Shown here: piece by piece, positions 21,070 through 31,366 of the stretch
Layout: the number at the start of each line of letters is the position of its first letter
Position numbering within the stretch: position 1 is the first letter of the stretch
Source of the DNA: an uncultured Candidatus Saccharibacteria bacterium
GTDB lineage: Bacteria > Patescibacteriota > Minisyncoccia > UBA6257 > 2-01-FULL-56-20
Length of the DNA stretch: 64,000 nt
Direction: 5' to 3'
NCBI GenBank assembly: GCA_964365185.1
Contig: CAYIOP010000001.1
Location: forward strand, 112,673 to 176,672
The notes under the pieces: generated by a model
Databases searched by the model: none
What the model was told of the DNA's origin: nothing
What the model saw: the letters and a program-made list of their open reading frames with translations, nothing else
Made by a program: the position numbers and the translations under genes

Positions 21070-21450
21070 GAATTCACCGCGAAAATTCTATGGATCCAGT
21101 GATGAATTTCACTGGGTCTTTTTTTATTTTTGTTAATACGCGAAATAGGCCCGGGGTTGGGGTCTATCCCCCGTAGGAAATGAAGAGAAAATCCGGTATT
21201 TTCTCTTCTGAAATAAACTTTGTTTTAAATTAAGTTTATTTTGACAAAAAGAAGTCGAGGTTATTAGTCGCAGAAAATACCCGATTTCCTACGGGGTAGA
21301 GGGTGTATCAAATGAAGTTTAGAGTGAAAAACGAAAAGTGTAAAGTAGATAACGTAATACTAATCTACGAATGGCGTGCGAATGATACGAATAATTTAGC
21401 GATTGATTGAATTATTGTAATGTTCTAGTTGCTATAAATACTAAAGCGGA

Positions 21451-23493
21451 TTACTTAACTTTTCTGTTTAACTCCTTAATTTCGTCTCTTAGGATGGCGG
21501 CGAGTTCGAAGTCGAGGTGTTTGGCGGCTTCGCGCATTTCAATTTCTTTATTCTTGATTAGTTTTTCAATCGCGGTTTTGGATTTTCTGATGGGTCGAAG
21601 CTCAAGTTTTAAGAGTTCTTGAACATCTGGCAAGATATCTTTAATAGCTTTAATAATGGTTTTGGGAGTAATGCCATGTTTTTGGTTGTATTCCAATTGG
21701 ACCTTGCGGCGGCGTTCGGTCTCCCCTACCGCCCGCTTGATGGAACCGGTGATAGTATCGGCATAGATTAAAACTTCGCCTTGGGCGTTACGGGCGGCGC
21801 GGCCAATGGTTTGAATGAGCGAGGTCTCACTTCTTAAAAATCCTTCTTTGTCAGCGTCTAAAATGGCCACCAGCGATACTTCCGGCAAATCAAGACCCTC
21901 CCTTAATAAATTCACGCCAACTAGAACATCGTAGTCCCCTTTTCGAAGCGAAGTTAAGATTCTAATTCTATCTAAAGTTTTGACGTCGCTGTGGAGGTAA
22001 GCAACCTTCATATTAGGTTTTAGGTGATAGGTTTTAGGTATTAGAGATGATGGGGTTGGGTTTTGATTTTGTAAATAATCGGTAAGATCCTCGGCCATTT
22101 TTTTGGTGAGCGTGGTGACTAAGACCCTTTGTTTTAAATTCACGCGTTTTTGGATTTCCGGAATCAAATCCTGAACTTGACCGCGAACCGGACGCAAAGT
22201 GATTTTTGGGTCAACTAGGCCGGTGGGACGAATAATTTGTTCCACGATTTGCTGGCTTTTTTTACGTTCGAATTCAGCTGGCGTGGCCGAAGTATAAATT
22301 ACTTGACCAATCCGTTTTTCAAATTCATGAAACTGCAAAGGGCGGTTGTCGGCGGCCGAGGGTAGACGAAAGCCATATTCGATTAATGTTCGCTTGCGAG
22401 AGGCATCGCCGGCATACATGCCGTTTAACTGGGGTACAGTGACGTGGGATTCATCAATGACGGTTAAGAATTCTGGAAGTCCGCCTTCGCGCCGGCGCTT
22501 CGGCGGGACAAAGTAATCCAGCAAGGTTTCGGGTGGAGCGCCGGCAGGGCGGCCACTTAAATGACGGGAATAATTTTCAATACCGTGGCAGTAGCCAACC
22601 TCTTGCATCATGGCCAAATCAAATTTGGTGCGGCGTTCCAAACGCTCGGCCTCCAGATATTTGCCGGTTTTCTCAAAATGTTTGAGTTGCGCTTTTAGTT
22701 CCTCTCGAATGGCTTTGACAGCGCGATCCCGGTCTTCTTTAGGAGTGATAAAGTGTTTGGCTGGAGCAAAAACAACTTCGGGAATTTCCGGTGTCTGGCC
22801 GGGCATAAATCCTTGGACTGGATCGATTTCGTAAATCGATTCGATAGTTTCGTTTTTGACCTCAAAGTTGTAAACAACTTCTTTATCCATGGGCATAATT
22901 TCCCAATGATCGCCGCGCAGGCGAAAAGTGCCGCGTTTTAAATCGGCGGTGGTGCGATTAAATTGGAGTTCAATCAGTTTTTTGGCGAAATTCTTGCGGT
23001 CGATTTTCTGGCCTTTTTTGAGGCGAAAAATATTTTCTTCATAAACCTCCGGCGCGCCTAAGCCATAGATACAGGAGACTGAAGCCACCACAATCACATC
23101 TGGGCGGGTTAAAAGCGCAGTGGTGGCGGCATGGCGAAGTTTATCGATCTCATCGTTAATCATTGCTTCTTTATCGATGTAGGTGTCAGTGGTGGGCAAA
23201 TACGCCTCGGGCTGGTAATAGTCGTAGTAAGAGACAAAATAGTTGACTGAATTGTTGGGGAAAAGTTCACGAAACTCATTACAGAGTTGGGCGGCCAGGG
23301 TTTTGTTGTGAGCGATGACTAGCGTGGGTTTTTGAACTTTCTCGATGACGTTGGCAATCGTAAAAGTTTTGCCACTACCAGTGACACCTAAAAGAGTTTG
23401 ATGCGAATAATTTTTCTCCAAGCCAGAAACTAATTTTTTGATAGCGTCGGGTTGGTCGCCAGCGGGTTTGAATTTTGAGTGGATTTTGAACAT
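21451..23493 (-). CDS. uvrB: Excinuclease ABC subunit B
   Basis: Start chosen at [18 protein letters not shown], the canonical UvrB N-terminus. Helicase motifs and a C-terminal UVR domain. Confidence 0.92.
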   Translation of the reverse strand: MFKIHSKFKPAGDQPDAIKKLVSGLEKNYSHQTLLGVTGSGKTFTIANVIEKVQKPTLVIAHNKTLAAQLCNEFRELFPNNSVNYFVSYYDYYQPEAYLPTTDTYIDKEAMINDEIDKLRHAATTALLTRPDVIVVASVSCIYGLGAPEVYEENIFRLKKGQKIDRKNFAKKLIELQFNRTTADLKRGTFRLRGDHWEIMPMDKEVVYNFEVKNETIESIYEIDPVQGFMPGQTPEIPEVVFAPAKHFITPKEDRDRAVKAIREELKAQLKHFEKTGKYLEAERLERRTKFDLAMMQEVGYCHGIENYSRHLSGRPAGAPPETLLDYFVPPKRRREGGLPEFLTVIDESHVTVPQLNGMYAGDASRKRTLIEYGFRLPSAADNRPLQFHEFEKRIGQVIYTSATPAEFERKKSQQIVEQIIRPTGLVDPKITLRPVRGQVQDLIPEIQKRVNLKQRVLVTTLTKKMAEDLTDYLQNQNPTPSSLIPKTYHLKPNMKVAYLHSDVKTLDRIRILTSLRKGDYDVLVGVNLLREGLDLPEVSLVAILDADKEGFLRSETSLIQTIGRAARNAQGEVLIYADTITGSIKRAVGETERRRKVQLEYNQKHGITPKTIIKAIKDILPDVQELLKLELRPIRKSKTAIEKLIKNKEIEMREAAKHLDFELAAILRDEIKELNRKVK

Positions 23494-23616
23494 TTTTAAA
23501 AGCGTAATACTAATATACAAATATGTGTGTCCTCCGAAGGAGGATCCTCTCTTGGAGAAAATGATACAAATAATGTAATCAACTAGAAGCGGATAAACGC
23601 GGATTGAAAATTGCCC

Positions 23617-23644
23617 TTGACTTTTTAGATTTATCTATTATAAT
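23617..23644 (+). promoter_or_regulatory. Sigma70 consensus-like promoter
   Basis: TTGACT, 16-nt spacer, TATAAT, upstream of the 23687 ORF (SD GGAGGAG). Confidence 0.55.
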
Positions 23645-23686
23645 ATATTACAGAAACTACTACAACAATTTTTTGCGGAGGAGAAA

Positions 23687-23995
23687 ATGTACTGTGTTCC
23701 ATCAAAATTAAAAGGATGTCCCGCCCTTGTTCTGTTTCAAATGACACCCATTAAAATCCGATTTAACGGGAGAGGATCATCTGAGATAACTGATGTTGCG
23801 CGGATGATAATCGAGAAGGGCGAAATCGTAAAGCTCAATGGGGAATTGGTCGCAGCCCCTGTTGGAAAACATATCCAAACTTTCTACGGAATCGAGGAAC
23901 CGGGAAGTTCGGGGAAAGAAACCGACGAATCCTCTAATCTGTACCTTCCCGATTCAGTGATTTCCATTGAGAATCCTAGCCTTCTTTTTGTGTAG
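23687..23995 (+). CDS. Hypothetical protein
   Basis: 102-aa ORF with promoter, SD, and a terminator at 24013-24050. Confidence 0.5.
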   Translation: MYCVPSKLKGCPALVLFQMTPIKIRFNGRGSSEITDVARMIIEKGEIVKLNGELVAAPVGKHIQTFYGIEEPGSSGKETDESSNLYLPDSVISIENPSLLFV

Positions 23996-24048
23996 GCCAA
24001 GCGATCCAACCATAAGCGGCGAACAATAAGGTTCGCCGCTTTTTTATT

Positions 24049-24585
24049 TTAAGGATTAATCTTTATCGGCTGATCGCCAACGTTTTTGGTTGAGAGAAGT
24101 TCGATAACAAATTTAAGGGTGGCATTCGCTGGAATTGGGCCGGCGCCAGTTTCGCCATACGCTAATTCCGGTGGAATAACTAATTCTCTTTTGCCACCGA
24201 CTTTCATGCCTAAAAGCCCGATGTCCCAACCGCGAATCACTCCACCAGTGCCAACCATAAAGTCAAAGGGTTCGCCGCGCTTGTATGAGTTATCAAATTC
24301 AGTGCCGTCTTCAAAGGTGCCAATATAATTTACCGAGACCGTATCCCCGGCTTTAACTTCAGCTCCATCGCCGACTTTAACGTCTTTTTTAACCAGCTTT
24401 TCATCACCGGGTTTAGGAGCTAAATTATCAGCTGGCGAGACCTGGTTTTCTGAATTATTAACCTGGGGTTCGGTTAAATTTTTAATGATTTTGCCGCCGG
24501 GTTTATTGATTAAAGTAATCGCGTAGATTAAAACCGCGACCAGAACTATAAGAACGATGATAACAATAATATTTTCTTTGGACAT
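24049..24585 (-). CDS. FKBP-type peptidyl-prolyl cis-trans isomerase, membrane-anchored
   Basis: N-terminal TM, then an FKBP domain (GDTVSVNYIGTFEDGTEFDNSY...GWDIGLLGMKVGGKRELVIPPELAYG). Confidence 0.85.
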   Translation of the reverse strand: MSKENIIVIIVLIVLVAVLIYAITLINKPGGKIIKNLTEPQVNNSENQVSPADNLAPKPGDEKLVKKDVKVGDGAEVKAGDTVSVNYIGTFEDGTEFDNSYKRGEPFDFMVGTGGVIRGWDIGLLGMKVGGKRELVIPPELAYGETGAGPIPANATLKFVIELLSTKNVGDQPIKINP

Positions 24586-24672
24586 AGAATTAGGATTTAG
24601 AATACAGAATTTAGAATTAAGGGCTAAACGGCACGACGTTAAAATAAATGATAATCAGAAACCAAAGGGAAG

Positions 24673-25557
24673 TCAATCGCCTTTTTCGAATTCGTTGTGA
24701 CTGGTATCTGTCGATGTGGGAATTGATAGTTCGGAAGTTCGGCATTTTTCGTTAAATCTATTTATGAGTTCTGAATCATTTTCAGTAATCCGGTTTACGG
24801 TTTTCTCGCCTTTTTTCAATATTTCCAGCCAGGAATTACAAAATGAGGTTTTGGATTCCAAAGGATAGTTTTTTGACTCAATGAAATTGCTTCCACTTAC
24901 TTCTTCTTTATTCTCTTTTCTATTATCTTCTTCCTCTCCATCTGATTTCTCTTTATTCTCGATTGCACTTGATGCTCCAAAAGATTGAAGTGAAGGCGGA
25001 GAATCATCTTTTTTGTTTTTCTTTTTCTCTTTTTTATCCTCACTTTTTTTGTTAGCGGCGTCTTTTTGAATTTTAAGCTGGCTTTCGGATTCTTTTTTGA
25101 TTTTAGATTCGGTCTCAACTTTTTCAAAGGCGCCCAGAGAATTTTCTATTTCTTGCTCAAAATCCTCGGATAGGTCGGAGATTTTTGGACTCTCCGGATT
25201 CCCTTCCTGAATGGATTTTATTTCCTCAAGGCGACGTTCAGCTAATTCCAAATGTCGAGTTGGTTTTTCTTCGTTTTTGGTGAACGCGGTTTTCACTGCT
25301 TCTTGAGCGCGTTTAAGAGAATAAAAAATATTGTTGGGGCCAACGTTGGTTTCATCCGCGTAAGTGGCCGCACTAGTCAAAAGAATCATAACGGCTACAC
25401 CCGCGCTAACTCCACGAATAAAATATTTAAAAGCTGGCGAAGGCCCGCTTTTTGCAATACCAAATTTCCCTTGAGCCGCCGATAGAAAAAGCAGCTTGGT
25501 TTTTTCTTTAAATTCTTTATTGGGTTTGTAAAAGTTTTTAAAATTCATATCCCGCAA
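24673..25557 (-). CDS. Putative anti-sigma factor / membrane protein with a K/E-rich low-complexity region
   Basis: Immediately downstream of the ECF sigma gene. Short cytoplasmic N-terminus, one TM helix, and a low-complexity extracytoplasmic region. Confidence 0.35.
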   Translation of the reverse strand: MRDMNFKNFYKPNKEFKEKTKLLFLSAAQGKFGIAKSGPSPAFKYFIRGVSAGVAVMILLTSAATYADETNVGPNNIFYSLKRAQEAVKTAFTKNEEKPTRHLELAERRLEEIKSIQEGNPESPKISDLSEDFEQEIENSLGAFEKVETESKIKKESESQLKIQKDAANKKSEDKKEKKKNKKDDSPPSLQSFGASSAIENKEKSDGEEEDNRKENKEEVSGSNFIESKNYPLESKTSFCNSWLEILKKGEKTVNRITENDSELINRFNEKCRTSELSIPTSTDTSHNEFEKGD

Positions 25558-25684
25558 GAAATTAAATATTTTTTGTTTTTTCGGCGTCTAATTTCATAAA
25601 TTAGTGATATCTTTTGATGCTGAGATTAGTTATTTGAGCTCAAAAATATTTTATATTTTATCGCTATTTCTTACGGGACATGTT

Positions 25685-26233
25685 TTACTTAAGATGCTCC
25701 TGGATTTTTTTCTTCAAACGACCGATAGCCACTCTTAAATTAACCTCGGGTTTGTTTAAAATTTTGGAGATTTCTTTATATTTTAAATCCGCAACAAAAT
25801 GAAGCTCAAATAAATCTTGTTCTTCTTGGGAAATTGATTTCAAAAAAATTTGAATTCTTTTGAGTTCGACTTGGCTGTCCATTTTTTCTTGGCCGCTATA
25901 TTTTGATGATTCTTCGAGCTGGATTTCTTCGATGTCGGAAAAATGAGTTTCTTTTTGTTTACGATAATGATCTATTGTCGTATTTCTAGCTAATTGCCAA
26001 AACCAGGTTAAGAAATTGCCCCTTTTCGCATCGAAACTTTCAATCCGATCGATTAATTTAAGAAAAATTTCTTGGCTTAAATCTTCGGCGATATGGCGAT
26101 TTGACGTTTTATTCATACAAAACCCAAAAACCTTATTAAAGAGCTCCTCGTAGAGCTTCTCGGCTGCCCGGGTGTCTCCTTTTTTAAGGCTTTGAGCCAG
26201 CCGATTATATTTAGCAAATTCAAATAGAGCCAT
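25685..26233 (-). CDS. ECF-type sigma-70 family RNA polymerase sigma factor
   Basis: Region 2 (FLTWFWQLARNTTIDHYRK) and a region 4 HTH (LKYKEISKILNKPEVNLRVAIGRLKKK). Confidence 0.8.
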   Translation of the reverse strand: MALFEFAKYNRLAQSLKKGDTRAAEKLYEELFNKVFGFCMNKTSNRHIAEDLSQEIFLKLIDRIESFDAKRGNFLTWFWQLARNTTIDHYRKQKETHFSDIEEIQLEESSKYSGQEKMDSQVELKRIQIFLKSISQEEQDLFELHFVADLKYKEISKILNKPEVNLRVAIGRLKKKIQEHLK

Positions 26234-26269
26234 GAAGTAATACGTTTTGGGGAATTAAACGTTACAAAA

Positions 26270-26959
26270 CTATCGCTTTCGCTTCAAAAGCGAGTGGAGC
26301 TTTACTTCTCCTAGGGGTTCATCATTTTGCCGCAGTTTAAAACTATTTTTTAACTCTGTCCAAAAGGCGCGATCGAGCCGCCAGTTAATGATAAAAATGA
26401 TAGACATGGCAATAACCGCGCCAACACCAGCGCAGAGCATATCTTTTTGGGCGTCCCAAATATCGCCTTGTGAGCCAAGAAAAGCTAAGCCGGCGCTAGA
26501 ACTGACTGAAGTGGCGGCAAGCCATTCAATAATTTCATAGACCGCGGAAAAAGACAGAGTGACATCGAGCGGCAGATAATAGCCCCAGAACCCTTTAACC
26601 TTGGCGATTCTTAAGAAAATCTCACGAATTGGATAAGTAAGCAAAAACCCAAAGGAGAAATGGACCAACCGGTCGTACATATTTCTCTCCGCGCCAAACC
26701 AGTTTTTAAGAGTATCACCAAACGGCACTTCAGCGTAAGTGTAGTGCGAACCAATAACATGGAGAATTAAAAAAATCGTGATTAAAGTGTATGAAACATT
26801 AGAAAGTTTAAAATAACGTCCTAAGAAAATAATAAGCGGCACAAAAATAAACACCAAATAATTTTCAAGCAACCAGTCGTGGGGATAACTTGGATTTATC
26901 GCTGCCCAAACCCAGGCGACAAGGAAAATCGCTAATAAAAACCATCTATATTTTGTCAT
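26270..26959 (-). CDS. Polytopic membrane protein (YjdF/DUF2238-like?)
   Basis: 229-aa ORF with about 6 TM helices. The family assignment is tentative. Confidence 0.4.
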   Translation of the reverse strand: MTKYRWFLLAIFLVAWVWAAINPSYPHDWLLENYLVFIFVPLIIFLGRYFKLSNVSYTLITIFLILHVIGSHYTYAEVPFGDTLKNWFGAERNMYDRLVHFSFGFLLTYPIREIFLRIAKVKGFWGYYLPLDVTLSFSAVYEIIEWLAATSVSSSAGLAFLGSQGDIWDAQKDMLCAGVGAVIAMSIIFIINWRLDRAFWTELKNSFKLRQNDEPLGEVKLHSLLKRKR

Positions 26960-26968
26960 AACTTTATT

Positions 26969-28723
26969 TTACCGTTGATTGTTGTTTATGGAAACCTGCT
27001 CTCTCCAGAGGGCGGCATAAAGACCTTTAACTCCAAGAAGTTTATCGTGACTCCCCTCTTCAATAATTTTACCTTTTTCCAGAACATAAATTTTATCGGA
27101 ATGGGCAACAGTCGAGAGACGATGCGCCACTAAAATCGTAATTAAGTTGGGCCGAGATTTGGAAATTTGACGAATAGTTTGGCTAATGGATTTTTCAGTG
27201 ATGGAATCCAAACTACTGGTGGCCTCGTCGAAAATGATGATTTCTGGTTTTCTTAAAAGCGCGCGAGCAATGGCTAATCGCTGGCGTTCGCCACCAGAGA
27301 TTTTAATTCCGCCCTCACCGATTTTGGTGTTGAGTCCCTGATTGCTTCTTTCGATAATCGGCAGAGCGGCAGCCATTTTTAAGGCCTCAAGACATTCTTT
27401 ATCAGAAGCATCGGGATTTACAAATAAAAGATTTTCCCGGATAGTGCCGGCAAAAAGTTGAGTTTCTTGAGTGACTAAACCAATTCTTTTTCTTAACTCG
27501 TCGTAATCTACACTCAACGAGTCAAAATTATTGAATAAAATTTTTCCTTTTTGAGGTTGATAGAGACCCACTAAAAGTTTAACGAGTGTGCTTTTGCCAG
27601 AACCAGACGGACCAACAAAGGCCACCGACTCACCCGCTTTGATTTCAAGAGCAATTTTCTCTAACGAATTTTTTTCACTCAAGGAATAGCCGAATGAAAC
27701 ATCTTTAAATTGGATTGATTCGAGAGATTTAAGCGTGGTGGATTTTTGGGGTTTAACTTCTGATGGGATTGTGAGAATTTTTTGGAGTTGCTCAATCGAG
27801 GCCCGGGTCTCTTGAAATTGGGTGGAGACATTGCCTAATTCTGATAAAGGGCTAAAAATAAAAAAGGAATAGAGGAAAAGGCCTAGGAATTCTCCTAAAC
27901 TAATACTGCCTTTAAAAATAAGCCACATCATTAGAAACAAAAGTGTGGCGCGCAGGGCATTGATGAGCGTGCCTTGGATAAAACTGAAGAGCCGAATTAA
28001 ACGAATTTTCCTTAGTTCAAGAGCAAGGATTTTTTCGTTCACAGAATTTAGGCGATTGATTTCCTGATTTTCTAAACCTAAACTTTTGATTAACTCCACG
28101 TTTCTTAAAGTTTCGGTGGTGGAACCGGCTAAATCAGCGGTCTCTAAAACAATGTTTTTTTGAATTGATTTTATCTTGCGGCTAATCAAAAAAGTGGTGA
28201 GCGCGAGAATCGGAATCATTAGAAAGTAAACCAGCCCCAGCAACCAGTGCACGTGAAAAGCATAGATTAAGACAAAAATAACGCCGATGAGCGAGAAAAA
28301 GACGATATTAACAAAATTGGAAATAAGAATTTGAATATCATTGCGGGCTTTTTGAAGTTTTCCCAAAATTTCGCCTGAACGCTGGTCTTCTAAAACGGCA
28401 TAGGGCAAAGAAAAAGAATGGCCAATGCTACGCTCATAAATTGAGGCGCCGACTTTTTGACTCACCATACTGACAAAATAATCTTGAAAATTTTTGGCGA
28501 CCCGAGAAATAAAAGCCACTCCAACAAAAGCCAGAAGAAGGTAGAGAATTCCGTGGAGAAATTCCTGGGTTGAAAATTCTCCGGCGTGAGTGACATATTT
28601 ATCGATCATCAATCGCAGGACTTGCGGATCGAGTAAGGAGAAAAATTGATTGATGGCCGCCAAAAACAATCCCAGAATCAGGATTTTTCGGTGGCGACGA
28701 ACATAATTCCAAATAAGGGACAT
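26969..28723 (-). CDS. ABC exporter, fused permease/ATPase (MsbA-like)
   Basis: Six-TM N-domain plus Walker A GPSGSGKST, signature LSGGERQR, and Walker B IIIFDEATS. Confidence 0.9.
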   Translation of the reverse strand: MSLIWNYVRRHRKILILGLFLAAINQFFSLLDPQVLRLMIDKYVTHAGEFSTQEFLHGILYLLLAFVGVAFISRVAKNFQDYFVSMVSQKVGASIYERSIGHSFSLPYAVLEDQRSGEILGKLQKARNDIQILISNFVNIVFFSLIGVIFVLIYAFHVHWLLGLVYFLMIPILALTTFLISRKIKSIQKNIVLETADLAGSTTETLRNVELIKSLGLENQEINRLNSVNEKILALELRKIRLIRLFSFIQGTLINALRATLLFLMMWLIFKGSISLGEFLGLFLYSFFIFSPLSELGNVSTQFQETRASIEQLQKILTIPSEVKPQKSTTLKSLESIQFKDVSFGYSLSEKNSLEKIALEIKAGESVAFVGPSGSGKSTLVKLLVGLYQPQKGKILFNNFDSLSVDYDELRKRIGLVTQETQLFAGTIRENLLFVNPDASDKECLEALKMAAALPIIERSNQGLNTKIGEGGIKISGGERQRLAIARALLRKPEIIIFDEATSSLDSITEKSISQTIRQISKSRPNLITILVAHRLSTVAHSDKIYVLEKGKIIEEGSHDKLLGVKGLYAALWREQVSINNNQR

Positions 28724-28902
28724 TATTAGAAGTAAGAATTTAGGATTGAGGATTGAGGATAAAGAATTAAGAGAAATTCGAGTCTAGAAAATAGAAACAA
28801 AAAAAATAATATCTAATTAAGTATACACTGTAAACGAGAGCGGGTATAAACAAAAACCCCTCGACCAAATGGCGGAGGGGTTTTTGACTTATAAATTTTG
28901 GT

Positions 28903-29193
28903 TTAGAAATCTCGGCCGCCTCGACCGCCGCGATTTTGTCGTGGCTCCAAGGGGCGAGCTTCGTTGACCGTAAGGTTGCGACCGCCAAGGGTCTTGCCGT
29001 TCCACATTTCAATCGCTTTGCTAGCATCTTCGTCGTTGGTCATCTCCACAAAGCCGAAGCCCTTGGAGCGGCCAGTCATGCGATCGGTAATAATGGTGGC
29101 TGATTCAACTTCTCCCGCTTGAGAAAAGGCATCCTTTAACTCATCGGAAGTGGCTGAATAAGGCAGTCCGCCAACGTATAACTTTTTACCCAT
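28903..29193 (-). CDS. RRM-type RNA-binding protein
   Basis: RNP-2 (LYVGGL) and RNP-1 (KGFGFVEM), with an RGG-rich tail. Confidence 0.85.
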   Translation of the reverse strand: MGKKLYVGGLPYSATSDELKDAFSQAGEVESATIITDRMTGRSKGFGFVEMTNDEDASKAIEMWNGKTLGGRNLTVNEARPLEPRQNRGGRGGRDF

Positions 29194-29371
29194 ACACTTA
29201 TTGATTTGTTGTCCTGGTTCTAAATTAATACCAGTGACGTAAGACGACCTTCTTCTAGCACTGCTTCCCTCCTTTAAACAATCAATAAGCGTGGGGAATC
29301 TGCTTAGATGCTTACTTTTTTATTATACACTAATCACTAATAAAAGCAATAGGACGTAATTATGACTGCAC

Positions 29372-29526
29372 TTGACAAATTTAATAGGCCTGTTATAATA
29401 GCAAAGATCATTCGTAGAGGATGAAGTACGAGGATATCTCTGGCCCGAGTTAGTGGCTGAGAACTGCTTCATAACCTCGATAATCGACCCTGATCGACTC
29501 GCCACTTTTTAGGCGAGTTTTTTTAT
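29372..29526 (+). ncRNA. Candidate small RNA of about 120 nt, bounded by a near-perfect promoter and an intrinsic terminator
   Basis: TTGACA (29372-77), 16-nt spacer, TGtTATAAT (extended -10, 29391-99), then a structured region, then CTCGCCacuuuuuagGCGAGT followed by a T7 run (29497-29526). No plus-strand ORF lies downstream. Confidence 0.5.
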
Positions 29527-29600
29527 TTAAACAATTTCTGAATTGTAACAACTTTCGTCCGCCGTCGCTTAAGCTGTGGCAGGACTTCGGCCTGTTTTCG

Positions 29601-31352
29601 TTAAACAACCTCAGAGTTGTAACAGGCCTCGCAGTACACAGTTTCGGAGCGGTCAGGAGCGAAGGATGTCTCAAATTTATTCGGACAGGGATTCTGGCCG
29701 TGGAAATGCTCGGCGGTGTTTTGATAAACACCTTGCACTTTGCGATTTGCACTTTGCTCTTCTTGGCATGCACAATTCCGTTCCCAGAGTTTACGCGGAG
29801 CGCGAAGGGAAATTCTTTTTTTGTACCGACAATCCGGACAAATTCTGGGAATCGGAATTTTTTCTCGACGATAGAAAGTAAGTTCGTCTTTAACAATGCG
29901 ATAATTTTTATTGCAATCAACGCACTTTAAAATTTGTTCAAGTATTGAATCTTGAGTTTGGGCGATGGAATCCGGAATATCTTCGGGTTTTAATGTTTCT
30001 TTGCCAAAAGTGCCGCTGCTTATTTCGTCTTCCCACTTCCAGCCAGCGCGAATAGCTACCTCTTTGTTCTCAAGTGGCATATACACTTGGCCTTGAGTTT
30101 CGTTGTAGCCAAAGGGCGAAAACTGGGGCGGGAAAAATTCGCCGTATTCTTTGGTTTGCTTCATATGCTCAATAATTTTTTCCTTAAGTTTTTTGTATTC
30201 CTCGGGATTGTATTGCTTATTTAAAATACAATACTTGCCGCCCTTAACGCCCACACAGCCAAAAAGATTTTCGCTGTTGTGGCAGCTATCGCAATAACTA
30301 AGATGTGAGTTGTCGTAGCTTAAATGAGTGAAGGAAACATTATAGCTATGGACTAGCGCGTGGGACTCATAAATCAATTCGGTTTTAAGGCCGAAATGAT
30401 ATGAATCCATTGAATTTTTAACATCCGGACAAACAATGGAGTATTTGGAATCTTCGATGGCTGTGCCGTCAAAAGAATAGTGAGTGTTTTTGGAGTTAAA
30501 AAGCATATTACCGGAAACATTTACGGATTTCTCAATAAAGGCGTATTTATGTAGCGCTTTTAATTTTATATTTTCTAAAAATCTATCATAAACTTTTTTA
30601 CGTCCAGAATAGCTTTCTAAATCATATTCCTTTAACTTTTTGAAATATTCTTCTTTGGAGTAGGGCTGATTTTCAATATAATGGGATTTGTTGCGCAGGT
30701 TGGAAGATAAAAAGCAATTAGTGCAGCCCCGACAATCATAGCAGTAGAGGCATTCATTGCAGTCCCTTAAAACCAGACCAAATTCGCAGCGATAACTTTT
30801 ATGGGTGTCGATGCATTCATAAAGCAAGTTATTCCCCTCTTCAATGTGGTAGCAATCACAGCAATCTTTGGCGCCCATATAAACATTGTTGGAGTATAAA
30901 ATATTTTCCGCGTCAAAAACACTGAAAGAAAAATAACAATTCTTGCTGTTGCCGGAGTGATGAATATATTCCGAATTAACATTGTTTTTATTTAAAAGCG
31001 AGATACGAGGAACTTCTAACTGGAGTTTACGCCACTCTTCAAGAAAATTTCCAGAGAAGTTGAATTCGCGACTATAAGAGAGCGGGTCCCATTTATCCGA
31101 CCACCAGCATTCCGGACAATAAACTTTAAAGGGTTTATTTTGGGAATAAATCGCGATTATATTTCGCTCGCATAAATCGCATTTTCGGCGATAGAGCGTA
31201 CGTTCATTGCGCCAGGCATAGCGTCTTTGTTGCCGACAATCCGGACACCAAGTCGGTGGAGGGACTTGGATTTTTTCGTAGAAATTGAAATCTGAAGCGT
31301 CTATTTCAAAGCTAGCTTTACAATTTTGACATTGTTTTATTTCTTGAGTCAT
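29601..31352 (-). CDS. Large Cys-rich multi-zinc-ribbon protein of unknown function (583 aa, about 50 Cys)
   Basis: N- and C-terminal zinc ribbons share a CxxC...FY(E/R)+KI.P.P..CPDCR motif. The central region has repeated CxxC/CxC clusters (CCDCYH, CNECLYCYDCRGCTNC, CDSCHN). Confidence 0.6.
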   Translation of the reverse strand: MTQEIKQCQNCKASFEIDASDFNFYEKIQVPPPTWCPDCRQQRRYAWRNERTLYRRKCDLCERNIIAIYSQNKPFKVYCPECWWSDKWDPLSYSREFNFSGNFLEEWRKLQLEVPRISLLNKNNVNSEYIHHSGNSKNCYFSFSVFDAENILYSNNVYMGAKDCCDCYHIEEGNNLLYECIDTHKSYRCEFGLVLRDCNECLYCYDCRGCTNCFLSSNLRNKSHYIENQPYSKEEYFKKLKEYDLESYSGRKKVYDRFLENIKLKALHKYAFIEKSVNVSGNMLFNSKNTHYSFDGTAIEDSKYSIVCPDVKNSMDSYHFGLKTELIYESHALVHSYNVSFTHLSYDNSHLSYCDSCHNSENLFGCVGVKGGKYCILNKQYNPEEYKKLKEKIIEHMKQTKEYGEFFPPQFSPFGYNETQGQVYMPLENKEVAIRAGWKWEDEISSGTFGKETLKPEDIPDSIAQTQDSILEQILKCVDCNKNYRIVKDELTFYRREKIPIPRICPDCRYKKRISLRAPRKLWERNCACQEEQSANRKVQGVYQNTAEHFHGQNPCPNKFETSFAPDRSETVYCEACYNSEVV

Positions 31353-31366
31353 AATTAGAATTACGA

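Noticed and set aside
29323-29920. ORFs 29323-29505 and 29450-29920 on the minus strand
   Set aside because: They overlap the strongly predicted plus-strand small-RNA promoter and terminator and the 3' end of the Cys-rich gene. No SD.
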